From assembly GCA_018304985.1 (NCBI GenBank), contig JAGVWP010000001.1:3913-67912 (forward strand): a DNA stretch of 64,000 nt. Reading direction: 5' to 3'. The translations under genes and the position numbers were made by a program. Shown in pieces: positions 40,354-50,025 of the stretch (its first letter is position 1; every line of letters begins with the position of its first letter). The DNA comes from Candidatus Pacearchaeota archaeon (GTDB lineage Archaea; Nanobdellota; Nanobdellia; Pacearchaeales; GW2011-AR1). The notes under the pieces are model-generated. The model worked only from the letters and a program-made list of their open reading frames with translations. It was not told where the DNA came from and searched no databases.

Positions 40354-40657
40354 AATGAAACCTATTAACGAAAGGGAAAAAAGAAAAATTATAAAAGGAT
40401 TGTTAAGTATGTTAAAAGTAGAAGAAACTAGATTAACCCAAGCTGTTTCGGAGCATAATTCTAATAGTGTTTTGTATATAAATAAACAAATGGAAAGACT
40501 AGCAAATGAAATTAGTAAGAGGTATATTGATCCTCTTGAAATTAACAACTCTCATAGTCAAGCGTTTTATGAAAAAGTTGATAATGTTTTAATAAGATGT
40601 GGTATTAGAAAGGGGTATTATAGAAAACAAAGAGCTCAGAGGAAGGAAGATGAGTGA
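40340..40657 (+). CDS. Hypothetical protein
   Basis: Coupled ORF within the operon. Confidence 0.5.
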   Translation: MMGSKMKPINEREKRKIIKGLLSMLKVEETRLTQAVSEHNSNSVLYINKQMERLANEISKRYIDPLEINNSHSQAFYEKVDNVLIRCGIRKGYYRKQRAQRKEDE

Positions 40658-40994
40658 AGAAAGAGAAGAAGATAGCCCTGTTTATGTTACAAGAATTGTT
40701 AGAGATAAAATGGGAGTAGAGAGTTTATTAAGTTTCTTAGGTTGCACATTTGAATGTGTTCAAAGAATTCCTGAGTCTACGAGTATAATAATCTACCTTG
40801 TTTCTCAATGCGGGGTAGATTATGAAAGAATAGAATATGAAATATTTGATCATGAATATAAAAAGTTAAAAAAGATATCTGAAGAAAATAGGTCTATGAG
40901 TTTGGTCCAAGATCTAGCATTACAAATAGATACTGCATTGGAAAAGGAAGAAAGACAATTTAGAAAAATAGAAAGAAGAAATCAGGAGGCATAA
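40650..40994 (+). CDS. Hypothetical protein
   Basis: ATG 40650 follows a purine-rich SD and overlaps the previous stop codon. Confidence 0.5.
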   Translation: MSEEREEDSPVYVTRIVRDKMGVESLLSFLGCTFECVQRIPESTSIIIYLVSQCGVDYERIEYEIFDHEYKKLKKISEENRSMSLVQDLALQIDTALEKEERQFRKIERRNQEA

Positions 40995-40999
40995 CCTCC

Positions 41000-42214
41000 A
41001 TGATAATTGATTATCTTGTTCTGGCATTAAAAAGTCTAAAACATAGAGGGCTGAGAACATGGCTTACAATGCTTGGGATTTTTATTGGAATTGCAGCTGT
41101 TGTTTCACTGATTTCACTTGGTAGCGGATTGCAAAGCGCAATTACAGGCCAATTTGGAGGATTATCTATTGATACATTAACAATTTCTAATGCTGCAACA
41201 GCTTTCGGGCCTCCTGGAAGCACTTCTGTAAAAAAATTAAATGATCATGATTTAGATATTGTTAAAAATACAGATGGAGTGAAACTAGTTGTTACAAGGC
41301 TTATTAGAATTATTAAATTTGAATATAATGATAATACTGCCTTTATCTATATTGCAGACCTTCCTGAAGAAAAAGAGCAAATGGATTTTGTTTACAAGGT
41401 TGCTAATTTCAAATCTGAAAAAGGCAGGATTCTAAATAGCAATGATCATGGAAAAGTGCTGCTTGGAAGCGATTTTCTAACTGACAGGTTTGGAAAAACA
41501 ATTGAGCCAGGAAGCAAAGTAAAAATTAATGGAAAAGATTTTGAAGTTGTTGGAATTTCAAAGAAAACAAGCAATTTCATATTTAATGGCGCGATAATTA
41601 TGTTAAATGATGATATGGAAAATCTTCTAGATATCCACGATAATATTGACTTAATTGTTGCCCAAGTAGAAGATCAAAATAAAATAAATGATGTTGCTAA
41701 TGAAATTGAAAGGAAACTTAGAAAAGACAGGAATAAAAGAATAGGAGAGGAAGATTTTTCTGTGCAGACGCCTTTAGAATCACTTTCAGCAGTCAGCACT
41801 GTATTAAATATTGTTAATTTAATTGTTATTGGCATTGCAGCAATTTCACTTTTAGTTGGAGGAATAGGAATTACCAATACAATGTATACTTCAACATTAG
41901 AAAGAACAAAAGAAATTGGAATAATGAAAGCTGTTGGAGCGAAGAATAAAGATATTTTATTTATCTTTTTAATTGAATCTGGTTTACTTGGATTAGTGGG
42001 GGGAATTATAGGAGCTGCTCTCGGATTAAGATTAGCATTCGCTGCTTCAAGTGTTGCTGGAAGCTTCTTAGGAGGCATTGATTTACAAGTTCAAGTATCA
42101 TGGCCTCTGCTAATCGGCTCTGTTGCATTTTCATTTTTGCTTGGAATTTTCTCAGGTTTGCTTCCTGCGTTACAGGCATCTAAGCTAAAACCAGTGGAGG
42201 CGCTGAGGAAATGA
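41000..42214 (+). CDS. ABC transporter permease (MacB/FtsX family)
   Basis: RTWLTMLGIFIGIAAVV, GITNTMYTS.LERTKEIGIMKAVG and PVEALR motifs. Confidence 0.92.
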   Translation: MIIDYLVLALKSLKHRGLRTWLTMLGIFIGIAAVVSLISLGSGLQSAITGQFGGLSIDTLTISNAATAFGPPGSTSVKKLNDHDLDIVKNTDGVKLVVTRLIRIIKFEYNDNTAFIYIADLPEEKEQMDFVYKVANFKSEKGRILNSNDHGKVLLGSDFLTDRFGKTIEPGSKVKINGKDFEVVGISKKTSNFIFNGAIIMLNDDMENLLDIHDNIDLIVAQVEDQNKINDVANEIERKLRKDRNKRIGEEDFSVQTPLESLSAVSTVLNIVNLIVIGIAAISLLVGGIGITNTMYTSTLERTKEIGIMKAVGAKNKDILFIFLIESGLLGLVGGIIGAALGLRLAFAASSVAGSFLGGIDLQVQVSWPLLIGSVAFSFLLGIFSGLLPALQASKLKPVEALRK

Positions 42215-42744
42215 GAAAAATTAAAGGATATATTTGCGCAGCAAGAATTGAAGAAATTATTTATCCAAATATAAGAGAATATGTTTTATTTGGTAAAAAA
42301 CAAGATGCAAAGATTATAGGAAATCACGAAGCTTTAGCAACAAATAATCTAACTGCTTATGAAAATCTACCTGACGCGGAATTGGGCCTGCAAGATTTAG
42401 CAAAAATGGATGAATTTGATAGAGTTGAAGTAAGAAAATTAGAAATGTGGGTTGCAGAAAATGCTGAAGAACTTTATTCTTTTGAAAAAGAAAATTCTTT
42501 AGTTGTTATTTGGGATAATTTTATGGGAAAGCAAATAATAGGAGTATATACGGGCGGTAGGGGGTTGAGTACCTTACCTGGAGATTATATAATACGTAAT
42601 GGATTTAAGCCATTTAATAACTTTGAAAGAGCTAATTGGGCTAGAAGTGAAGCAAGCAGACAAAGCGGCAGTTCTCCTGCAACTTTGGCAAAATTCAAAA
42701 TTTCTAAACCTTTAAGAGTAATTGGAAGAAGAGGTGGAAAATGA
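42211..42744 (+). CDS. Hypothetical protein between the two permeases
   Basis: 177 aa, with ATGA overlaps on both sides. Confidence 0.6.
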   Translation: MRKIKGYICAARIEEIIYPNIREYVLFGKKQDAKIIGNHEALATNNLTAYENLPDAELGLQDLAKMDEFDRVEVRKLEMWVAENAEELYSFEKENSLVVIWDNFMGKQIIGVYTGGRGLSTLPGDYIIRNGFKPFNNFERANWARSEASRQSGSSPATLAKFKISKPLRVIGRRGGK

Positions 42745-43952
42745 TCACAGACTACTTTAACATTGCGTGGAAGAACTTAAGAAAAAGAAAATTGAGATCC
42801 TGGCTGACAATAGTTGGAATTGTAATCTCGGTTGCAACAATATTTACACTTATCAGCTTGTCAATTGGACTGCAAAATGCTGTGAAAGAGCAATTTGAAA
42901 CGCTTGGAGGGGATAAATTTTTTATCCAGCCTAAAGGCCAGCTAGGCCCGCCACAAGCAGGGGGAGCTGTTCAGCTTACAATTAATGATATAGATGTTAT
43001 TGATAAAGTAACTGGGGTAAAAAGAACAGCTTATTTTACAATTGGAAATGCGCAAATTGAATTTGAAAAAGAAAAAAGATTCTTTTCAGTTTATGGTTTG
43101 CCTCCTGAATTCATGAATCTTTATATAGAAACAGGATCTTTTGAAATTGATGAGGGGAGAGTTTTAAAAAATGGGGATAGGAATAAGGTAATTATTGGAA
43201 ATCATTACAAAACAAGAAATATTTTCAGTACAAATGTAAAAGCTGGAGATAAATTTATAATTAATGATAAAGAGTTTGAGGTTGTTGGTATTTTTAAAGC
43301 AATAGGAAATCCGGATGATGATAGAAGTATAATAATGCCTAGAGATGATTTTATTGAAATGTTTAATTCTGGAGGCAGGGTTGATGCAATAATGGTTCAG
43401 GTAGATGAAGGAGCAGATGTTAAAGCTGTTGCTGAGGTTGTTGAAAAGAAATTACGTAAGTTTAGAAATGTTGATGAAAAAAATCAGGATTTTACAATTT
43501 TAACTCCTGAAGAAATTCTGGCTATTTTTGGAACAGTACTTGGAATAATAACCGCTTTTCTTGGAGCAATTGCTGCAATTTCATTATTAGTTGGAGCAAT
43601 TGGCATTACAAACACAATGTATACTTCTGTATTGGAAAGAACAAAAGAAATTGGAATTATGAAAGCAGTAGGAGTGAAGAATAAAGATATTTTATTTATC
43701 TTTTTAATTGAATCTGGTTTAATTGGTTTGGTTGGAGGGGTTATTGGAGTGGGATTAGGTTATTCGGTAAGCAAGACAATAGAATTAATTGCAACACAAT
43801 CTCTTGGAACAAATCTTTTACAAGCTGCTGCTCCATTATACTTAATTCTTGGCTGCTTGGCATTTGCATTCTTAATAGGAAGTGCTTCAGGAACATGGCC
43901 TGCATGGAGAGCTAGCAAGATAAAAGTTGTTGATGCGTTGAGGTATGAGTAA
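42741..43952 (+). CDS. ABC transporter permease (MacB/FtsX family)
   Basis: RSWLTIVGIVI, ERTKEIGIMKAVG and VDALRYE motifs. Confidence 0.92.
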   Translation: MITDYFNIAWKNLRKRKLRSWLTIVGIVISVATIFTLISLSIGLQNAVKEQFETLGGDKFFIQPKGQLGPPQAGGAVQLTINDIDVIDKVTGVKRTAYFTIGNAQIEFEKEKRFFSVYGLPPEFMNLYIETGSFEIDEGRVLKNGDRNKVIIGNHYKTRNIFSTNVKAGDKFIINDKEFEVVGIFKAIGNPDDDRSIIMPRDDFIEMFNSGGRVDAIMVQVDEGADVKAVAEVVEKKLRKFRNVDEKNQDFTILTPEEILAIFGTVLGIITAFLGAIAAISLLVGAIGITNTMYTSVLERTKEIGIMKAVGVKNKDILFIFLIESGLIGLVGGVIGVGLGYSVSKTIELIATQSLGTNLLQAAAPLYLILGCLAFAFLIGSASGTWPAWRASKIKVVDALRYE

Positions 43953-43986
43953 AAATTAGTAAATTTCTTAAATAAATTAGGCGAAA

Positions 43987-44187
43987 TTATTTTATAAGTC
44001 GCGGACGGACAACATTCTCTAATCTTCCAGAACAAGAAGCAAGAAACTTTCTATCTTCATCACAAGCATCAAGAAATTTAGAAGTTGGTACCGCTTGATC
44101 AACAATATCCCACATTTCATGAGCAACTTCCCTAGTAGTTTTAGAAGAATTATATTCTGAAGCATTAATATCTGGATAATTATTCAT
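43987..44187 (-). CDS. Hypothetical protein
   Basis: 66-aa ORF with an upstream TATA-like sequence. Confidence 0.4.
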   Translation of the reverse strand: MNNYPDINASEYNSSKTTREVAHEMWDIVDQAVPTSKFLDACDEDRKFLASCSGRLENVVRPRLIK

Positions 44188-44368
44188 CTATATACAGTCT
44201 ATTTCAAATATATAAAAATTTATATTTTCAATTGAAATAGTCATTTAAACCTCTTCTGCACAATAAATAAGTTTAAAAACATGGCTTTGTATTTTATTAA
44301 TCTGGTGATTGAAATAGATAAAACAAGGTAAAATAAAATAATAAAAAAGAGGAAAATAAAGAAAAGAG

Positions 44369-44542
44369 ATGAAAAAATGTATTTATTGCAAGGCTGAAAT
44401 TCCAAGTGAAAGTGTAATTGATTTCTGTGAGAGATGTGGAGTTGGTGTGTGGGGACCAAAAATGTTTAATACAATCAAAAAAAGCATGGAAGAAGCTAGA
44501 GATAAAGGTAATTTAGACCAGGGATTAATAAGCATGAAGTAA
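44369..44542 (+). CDS. Small zinc-binding protein (57 aa; missing from the ORF track)
   Basis: MKKCIYCKAEIPSESVIDFCERCGVGVWGPKMF...; two CxxC motifs. Confidence 0.75.
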   Translation: MKKCIYCKAEIPSESVIDFCERCGVGVWGPKMFNTIKKSMEEARDKGNLDQGLISMK

Positions 44543-44856
44543 GGAAATTCTATTAAGGATATTAATTAAAACTCAGTATTTCAAGTGTAAAAATCATGGA
44601 AAGTTATTGTGATATTAACTAAACATACAATATTAAATTTCTTGTTTATAGAAATTTATGCCTTATTTAACATTATTTATATTAAAAGTAAATATTTAGT
44701 ATCTCTTAATTAACAATTAATTCTCTTAGTAATCCAAAGGTTTTTAGCCCTAAAAACCTTTAAAAAGCCACTATTTATAGATAATTAATAAAGGAAACCA
44801 AGGTTTACCCTTATCAACCCTTCCTTTTAATAGAACTAAATTACATATTTGGAAAA

Positions 44857-45141
44857 ATGCCGGGAAAAAGAAAACGAATTAAGGAACGTGGAAAAATAAG
44901 ATTTAGTGAATACTTCAAGGAATTAAAAACTGGAGATAAAGTGGCATTAAAACGGGAACAATCTGTTATGGAAGTTGGATTTCATAAAAGGATGCAAGGC
45001 AGAACAGGAGTCGTTGTCGGCAAGCAAGGAAGAAGTTATATTGTAAAAGTAAAAGATATTAATAAAGAAAAGACTCTTATACTTCCAGCAATTCATTTAA
45101 AAAGAATAGAAAATAAATCTATAAAGAAAGGAGAGAAATAA
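44857..45141 (+). CDS. rpl21e: 50S ribosomal protein L21e
   Basis: GDKV, HKRMQGRTGVVVG..GRSY and HLK motifs; followed by rpoF and DUF655. Confidence 0.93.
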   Translation: MPGKRKRIKERGKIRFSEYFKELKTGDKVALKREQSVMEVGFHKRMQGRTGVVVGKQGRSYIVKVKDINKEKTLILPAIHLKRIENKSIKKGEK

Positions 45142-45142
45142 A

Positions 45143-45445
45143 ATGATACGAGAAATGAAACCATTAAGTTTGGCAGAAACAGAACATATTGTAAAAGAAA
45201 ATAAAGGAAAGGAAGAGTTAGGGTCATATTTCAAGAAATTTGTAGTTTTAAAATTAAAAGATGCCTTAGAACTAAGAAAAGAACTTGAGGCACTTGGAAA
45301 TCATAAAATAAAGCAAGAGTATGTTGTAAAAATAATTGACTTACTGCCAGAAGATGCATCTGATGTTCATAAAATTTTTATTGATGTTGGTTTAGATGAA
45401 AATGAAGTTAAACAAATACTTGACATTGTGTCAAAATATAAGTAA
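45143..45445 (+). CDS. rpoF: RNA polymerase subunit Rpo4 (RpoF)
   Basis: PLSLAE, KIIDLLPED and ILDIV motifs; conserved synteny. Confidence 0.85.
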   Translation: MIREMKPLSLAETEHIVKENKGKEELGSYFKKFVVLKLKDALELRKELEALGNHKIKQEYVVKIIDLLPEDASDVHKIFIDVGLDENEVKQILDIVSKYK

Positions 45446-45447
45446 AA

Positions 45448-45990
45448 ATGACAAAGAAAGAAGAAAATGCAATAATACTAGAATACCTTCCTTATGGATA
45501 TCCATTGGAAGGAAAAATGATGCCTATAGCTCAGGCTATAGGAGAGGAAAACTTCACTCTTCTTCAGCTTATTCCTAGAAAGGGAGTAACACTTCAATTA
45601 AAGGAAAGGGTTTATATAGGAGACGGCAAGAGAGATAAGATATATTACATCCTAGGAAGACTGCCTGCTGAAAAATTGACAGAAAATGCAAAAATTCAGC
45701 TAGAAGAGTTTATTGCTAATGTTGTTGAAGAAAAAGAAAAACAGTTTGTAGAGTTTTTCAATAAAGCAACAGCGATTAACACAAGAATACATCAAATAGA
45801 ATTGCTGCCAGGGTATGGAAAAAAACACATGAAAGAAATACTTAAAACTAGAGAAGAAAAAGAATTTGAAGGTTTTGACGATATGAAAAAAAGAATTCCC
45901 AGCTTGCCAGACCCTAAAACTGCAGTTCAGAAAAGAATAATTAAAGAATTAACAGGAGACGAAAGACATAGGTTGTTTGTTCTTTCATAA
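45448..45990 (+). CDS. DUF655 putative RNA-binding protein
   Basis: EYLPYG, AQAIGEENFTLL, RVYIG and HQIELLPGYGKK motifs. Confidence 0.9.
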   Translation: MTKKEENAIILEYLPYGYPLEGKMMPIAQAIGEENFTLLQLIPRKGVTLQLKERVYIGDGKRDKIYYILGRLPAEKLTENAKIQLEEFIANVVEEKEKQFVEFFNKATAINTRIHQIELLPGYGKKHMKEILKTREEKEFEGFDDMKKRIPSLPDPKTAVQKRIIKELTGDERHRLFVLS

Positions 45991-46038
45991 AAACCCGCTG
46001 GTGGTTTTTATGACTCCTGCAACCACAATAATTAAAAA

Positions 46039-46572
46039 ATGAAACAAGAAACAGGACAATTACAAGTAAAGAAACAAGATAAAGCTGAAAAGCCTGAAAA
46101 ATATGAGAGAAAAGAAGAAAGCCATGAAATGCTAATTAGAATTCTTTCAACAGACATTCCTGGAAGCAGGAAAGTCAATATAGGCTTGACTTATATAAAA
46201 GGAATTTCATTTTCAATGTCAAACGCCGTGTGTTATATATTAAAAATGGATAAAAATAAGAAAATTGGAGAATTAAGCAAGGAAGAAATTGAAAGAATAA
46301 CTGCTGAAATTAAGAACCCTAAAGTTCCAGATTATTTTAAAAATAGAAGGAATGATTTTGATACAGGAGAAACCAGGCATTTAGTAACAACTGAATTAGA
46401 CTTAAAAAAGGAATTTGATATTAAAAGAATGAAAAAAATACACTCTTACAAAGGTGTAAGACATTCTCGCGGGTTGCCAGTAAGGGGTCAGAGAACAAAG
46501 AGCCATTTCAGAAAGAAAGGCAAGAATAGAGTTGTTGGAGTCAGTAAAAAACCTACAGGAAAAAAAGGCTAA
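46039..46572 (+). CDS. rps13: 30S ribosomal protein S13
   Basis: LTYIKGI and SYKGVRHSRGLPVRGQRTK motifs. Confidence 0.96.
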   Translation: MKQETGQLQVKKQDKAEKPEKYERKEESHEMLIRILSTDIPGSRKVNIGLTYIKGISFSMSNAVCYILKMDKNKKIGELSKEEIERITAEIKNPKVPDYFKNRRNDFDTGETRHLVTTELDLKKEFDIKRMKKIHSYKGVRHSRGLPVRGQRTKSHFRKKGKNRVVGVSKKPTGKKG

Positions 46573-46574
46573 TT

Positions 46575-46601
46575 ATGAACCTTTAAAAAAAGTTCCCAAA
46601 A
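46575..46601. repeat. Hairpin repeat family B copy
   Basis: atgaacctttaaaaaaagttcccaaaa. Confidence 0.75.
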
Positions 46602-46622
46602 ATATAAAAATAAATAAACAAA

Positions 46623-47165
46623 ATGATCAGAAAACATAAAAAATTCAGCAAACCAAGAACAAGATTCGATTCAACAAGAATTGAGGAAGAAGATAAAATT
46701 GTTGAAAGATATGGATTGAAGAATAAGAGAGAAATATGGAAAGCAAAAGGTAAACTGGAGAGAATAAGAAATATTGCAAAAAAGTTAATAGATTCCAGCC
46801 AGGAAGAACAGGAAAAATTCCTGGTTAAGTTAAAAAAACAGGGATTTGATGTCAAAACAACTGTTGATGTTCTTGCTTTAACTGAAGAAGAAATTTTAAA
46901 GAGAAGGCTTCAAACAATTGTGTACAATAAAAAGCTTTCAACAACTCCAAAAGGAGCAAGGCAATTGATAACTCATAAAAATATATTAGTTAATGGAAGA
47001 ATTGTCAATATTCCTTCATACATGGTTGAAGTTGATGAAGAAAATATGGTAAAATTAGCTCATAAAAAAAGAATTGTAAAACCTGTTTCTCAAGAAATTC
47101 CAGAAGAGATTATTGTTGAAAATAAAGAAGAAATTATTCAAATTGGAGAGATAGAAAATGGCTAA
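46623..47165 (+). CDS. rps4: 30S ribosomal protein S4
   Basis: YGLKNKREIW, RRLQTIV, ARQLITH and PSY motifs. Confidence 0.96.
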   Translation: MIRKHKKFSKPRTRFDSTRIEEEDKIVERYGLKNKREIWKAKGKLERIRNIAKKLIDSSQEEQEKFLVKLKKQGFDVKTTVDVLALTEEEILKRRLQTIVYNKKLSTTPKGARQLITHKNILVNGRIVNIPSYMVEVDEENMVKLAHKKRIVKPVSQEIPEEIIVENKEEIIQIGEIENG

Positions 47166-47547
47166 AGATGAAAAAGATCATACTGGAATTGCATATGTTT
47201 ATGCTACATTCAATAATACAATTGTACATATAACTGATTTATCCGGAAATACAATTGCAAGATGCTCTGGAGGCATGGTTACAAAGCAGGACAGGCTGAA
47301 AGCAAATCCAACAACAGCAATGTTTATAGCTAAAAAAATCGGGGAAGAGATAAAAGAGCTAGGAGTAAACAGTTTATATGTAAGAATGAGGGGAAAAACT
47401 GGAAGCACTGGACTGGGTCCTGGAGCACATAGCGTTGTTAAAACATTATCAAAAGACGGATTTAAAATATTGAGCATCTCTGAAACTACAAGAGTTCCAA
47501 GAGGCGGACCAAAGGCAAAGGGTGGAAGGAGAGGAAGAAGAGTATAA
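47158..47547 (+). CDS. rps11: 30S ribosomal protein S11
   Basis: ATFNNTIVHITDLSG, GPGA and GGRRGRRV motifs. Confidence 0.96.
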   Translation: MAKDEKDHTGIAYVYATFNNTIVHITDLSGNTIARCSGGMVTKQDRLKANPTTAMFIAKKIGEEIKELGVNSLYVRMRGKTGSTGLGPGAHSVVKTLSKDGFKILSISETTRVPRGGPKAKGGRRGRRV

Positions 47548-47620
47548 AGACAACCAATGGTTTTCTTTATGAAACTTTCCTTTTAGATGGACCAAGGTTT
47601 TCATTATGGGTTTTCCCTTA
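47544..47620 (+). repeat. Intergenic hairpin repeat family A (two units)
   Basis: ataaagacaaccaatggttttctttatgaaactttccttttagatggaccaaggtttt..., colinear with 12570-12646. Confidence 0.7.
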
Positions 47621-47667
47621 AGAAAGCAAATAATAAATTTAAATACCAAAAATAACTTAAATTTAAA

Positions 47668-48438
47668 ATGAAAAACGAACAAAAAGAAAAAAACAAAGCA
47701 AGTTTTATAATTGACGGAGATGAAACATTAGCAAATGCTATAAGAAGAAGTTCTAATGAAATAACAATTGCAGCAATTGATGAAGTTGAATTTCGTAAAA
47801 ATGATTCAGCGCTTTATGATGAAATTCTATCCCATAGACTTGGATTAATTCCACTAAAAGAGAATAGAAAATTAAATGAAATAGACAAATGCAGCTGTGA
47901 TGGCAAAGGGTGCAATAAATGCCAGGTTCAAGTTTCCTTAAAAGCTAAAGGACCATGCACTGTTTATTCTGGAAGTTTAAAGGGAGATGTTGAAGTAATT
48001 TATGGAAAAATGCCAATTACCTTGTTAGAAAAAGATCAGGAATTAGAATTTGTGGCTTTTGTAAGGCTTGGCAAGACTGTAAAGCACGCAAAGTTTTCCC
48101 CAGGATTGGTTTTTTACAGGCATATTTCTGAAATAACTGTAAAAAATGCGGATCAGGCAGAGAAGATATTTGAAAAATTAAAGGCAAGCATATTAAATCC
48201 TCCAAAAGGAAAGATAAAAAATGGAGAAACTTATCAATGCAGTGAAGATGTGGATTATATTGAGACATTTATTGAATCTGCTGAAAATAAAAGTAAACTA
48301 ATAGAAGTTAAATATGGTGAAGAGCTTGTATTTATTATTGAATCTTGGGGCCAGTTAGAACCTAAGGAAATTTTTACAGAATCTGTTAAGGCGCTTGAAT
48401 CAAACCTTAAAGAAGTTTTAAAAACCATTAAGAAATAA
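47668..48438 (+). CDS. rpoD: RNA polymerase subunit Rpo3 (RpoD)
   Basis: ANAIRR, NDSALYDEILSHRLGLIPL, HAKFSPG and IESWGQL motifs. Confidence 0.95.
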   Translation: MKNEQKEKNKASFIIDGDETLANAIRRSSNEITIAAIDEVEFRKNDSALYDEILSHRLGLIPLKENRKLNEIDKCSCDGKGCNKCQVQVSLKAKGPCTVYSGSLKGDVEVIYGKMPITLLEKDQELEFVAFVRLGKTVKHAKFSPGLVFYRHISEITVKNADQAEKIFEKLKASILNPPKGKIKNGETYQCSEDVDYIETFIESAENKSKLIEVKYGEELVFIIESWGQLEPKEIFTESVKALESNLKEVLKTIKK

Positions 48439-48447
48439 TCAGTGTAT

Positions 48448-48531
48448 GCGGGAATGTCAGAGCGGTCAAATGAACCACGTTAAGGCCGTGGTGGCTTAGT
48501 GCCTGCGAAGGTTCGAATCCTTCTTTCCGCA
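48448..48531 (+). tRNA. tRNA-Leu(AAG)
   Basis: GCGGGAA/TTTCCGC acceptor stem, CCACG-TTAAGGC-CGTGG anticodon arm, Leu-type variable arm, GAAGG-TTCGAAT-CCTTC, A73. Confidence 0.92.
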
Positions 48532-48563
48532 TACATAAATATCTCAATAAAATAATAAATTAA

Positions 48564-48947
48564 TTGAAGATGAACGGAATAAAAAAAGCAAAAGTTGAGA
48601 AGAAATTAAGAAGAAAAACAAATCCAGAGCTAGTTGAGACTATAATTGCTGCTAAAAAAAATCCTAAATGGCTGGAAATTGCAAACTTAATTTCAAGGCC
48701 AAAAAGAAAACAGATTTCTGTTAATCTTGATCAGATAAATGAAAAAGTGAAAGATGGTGAAAGAGTTATTGTTCCTGGCAAGATTTTAGGTGAGGGACAA
48801 TTAAATAAGAAAATTGCTTTAGTTGGATTTTCATTTTCACAAAGCGCAAAGGAAAAATTAAAGAAAAACAAGATTGAAACATTAGAACTTTTAAATGAAA
48901 TAAAGAAAAATCCTGAAGCTAAAAATATTAAAATAATAAGAGAATAA
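48564..48947 (+). CDS. rpl18e: 50S ribosomal protein L18e
   Basis: KTNPEL, VNL..I, VPGKILGEG and FS.SAKEK motifs. Confidence 0.93.
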   Translation: MKMNGIKKAKVEKKLRRKTNPELVETIIAAKKNPKWLEIANLISRPKRKQISVNLDQINEKVKDGERVIVPGKILGEGQLNKKIALVGFSFSQSAKEKLKKNKIETLELLNEIKKNPEAKNIKIIRE

Positions 48948-48950
48948 TAA

Positions 48951-48979
48951 AATGAACCTTTAAAAAAGGTTCCCAAAAT
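48951..48979. repeat. Hairpin repeat family B copy
   Basis: aatgaacctt-taaa-aaggttcccaaaa. Confidence 0.75.
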
Positions 48980-48988
48980 CATATAAAG

Positions 48989-49396
48989 ATGACGAATGAA
49001 ATTATTATTGATGGCAAAAATGCAACAATGGGAAGATTAGCAAGCTATAGCGCTAAACAGGCTTTGCTTGGAAAGAAAGTTGCTATTGTAAATTCAGAGG
49101 AGGTTGTAATAATTGGAGATAAAAGAAATATTGCTGAAAAATATGCAAGATTAGTTAAAAAGGGCGGTAGCAGCCAGAAAGGGCCAAAAATAATAAGAAC
49201 CCCTGAAAGAATTTTGAAGAGAGTTATAAGAGGGATGTTGCCCCATGATAAAGGCAGAGGAGAGGAAGCATTAGACAGAATAAGATGCTATAATCAAATA
49301 CCTGAAGAGTATAAAGAAACTAAAAAAATTCATGCAGGCAAGGAGAAAAGAGGAAAGTTTATCACATTAAAAGAGCTTGTATCCCTAATAAAATAA
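48989..49396 (+). CDS. rpl13: 50S ribosomal protein L13
   Basis: IDG.N..MGRLAS..AK and IRGMLP motifs. Confidence 0.95.
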   Translation: MTNEIIIDGKNATMGRLASYSAKQALLGKKVAIVNSEEVVIIGDKRNIAEKYARLVKKGGSSQKGPKIIRTPERILKRVIRGMLPHDKGRGEEALDRIRCYNQIPEEYKETKKIHAGKEKRGKFITLKELVSLIK

Positions 49397-49575
49397 AAAA
49401 TAATTTAAAACAAAATCAAGATAAGAATATGAAGATGAGTAAATTAAACATAAAAAACCATGTAAAAGTATTGCAGTATTTTCAGAATAAAAGTTTAGCT
49501 AAACACACAATATCTTTACCTAATTTAAATGAGAAAGCTACTGATATTTTATGTAGTGTAAACTAAATAATAAAA

Positions 49576-49983
49576 ATGACAGAAAAATTAATTATTGTGA
49601 GTGGAAAAAGAAAAAGAAGCATAGCTAAAGCAATAATTTCTAGTGGAACTGGAAAAATAACTGTAAATAATATTCCATACCAAAATCTTTATCATATACA
49701 TAGATTAACAATTGAAGAGCCTATAAGAATTGCAAAAAAAACACTTAAAGATTTTAATTATGATATAAAAGTTAAAGCAAAAGGCGGCGGAAGAGAAGGG
49801 CAAATGGATGCTGCAAGGCTTGCAATTTCAAAAGCTCTTGTTGCTAAAACAAAATCTGAAACATTAAGAAAAGCTTTCTTAAAATATGACAAACATCTTC
49901 TTGTTGCAGATGTAAGAAGAAAAGAGGCTTATAAGCCTGGAGATTCTAAGGCAAGAGCAAAGAGACAGAAGAGTTATAGATAA
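49576..49983 (+). CDS. rps9: 30S ribosomal protein S9
   Basis: GKRKRSIA, GGG..GQ..A.R and ARAKRQKSYR motifs. Confidence 0.96.
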   Translation: MTEKLIIVSGKRKRSIAKAIISSGTGKITVNNIPYQNLYHIHRLTIEEPIRIAKKTLKDFNYDIKVKAKGGGREGQMDAARLAISKALVAKTKSETLRKAFLKYDKHLLVADVRRKEAYKPGDSKARAKRQKSYR

Positions 49984-50025
49984 TGATCATTTTCTAAGTT
50001 AATTATCTCGTGGCATGTTACCTCA

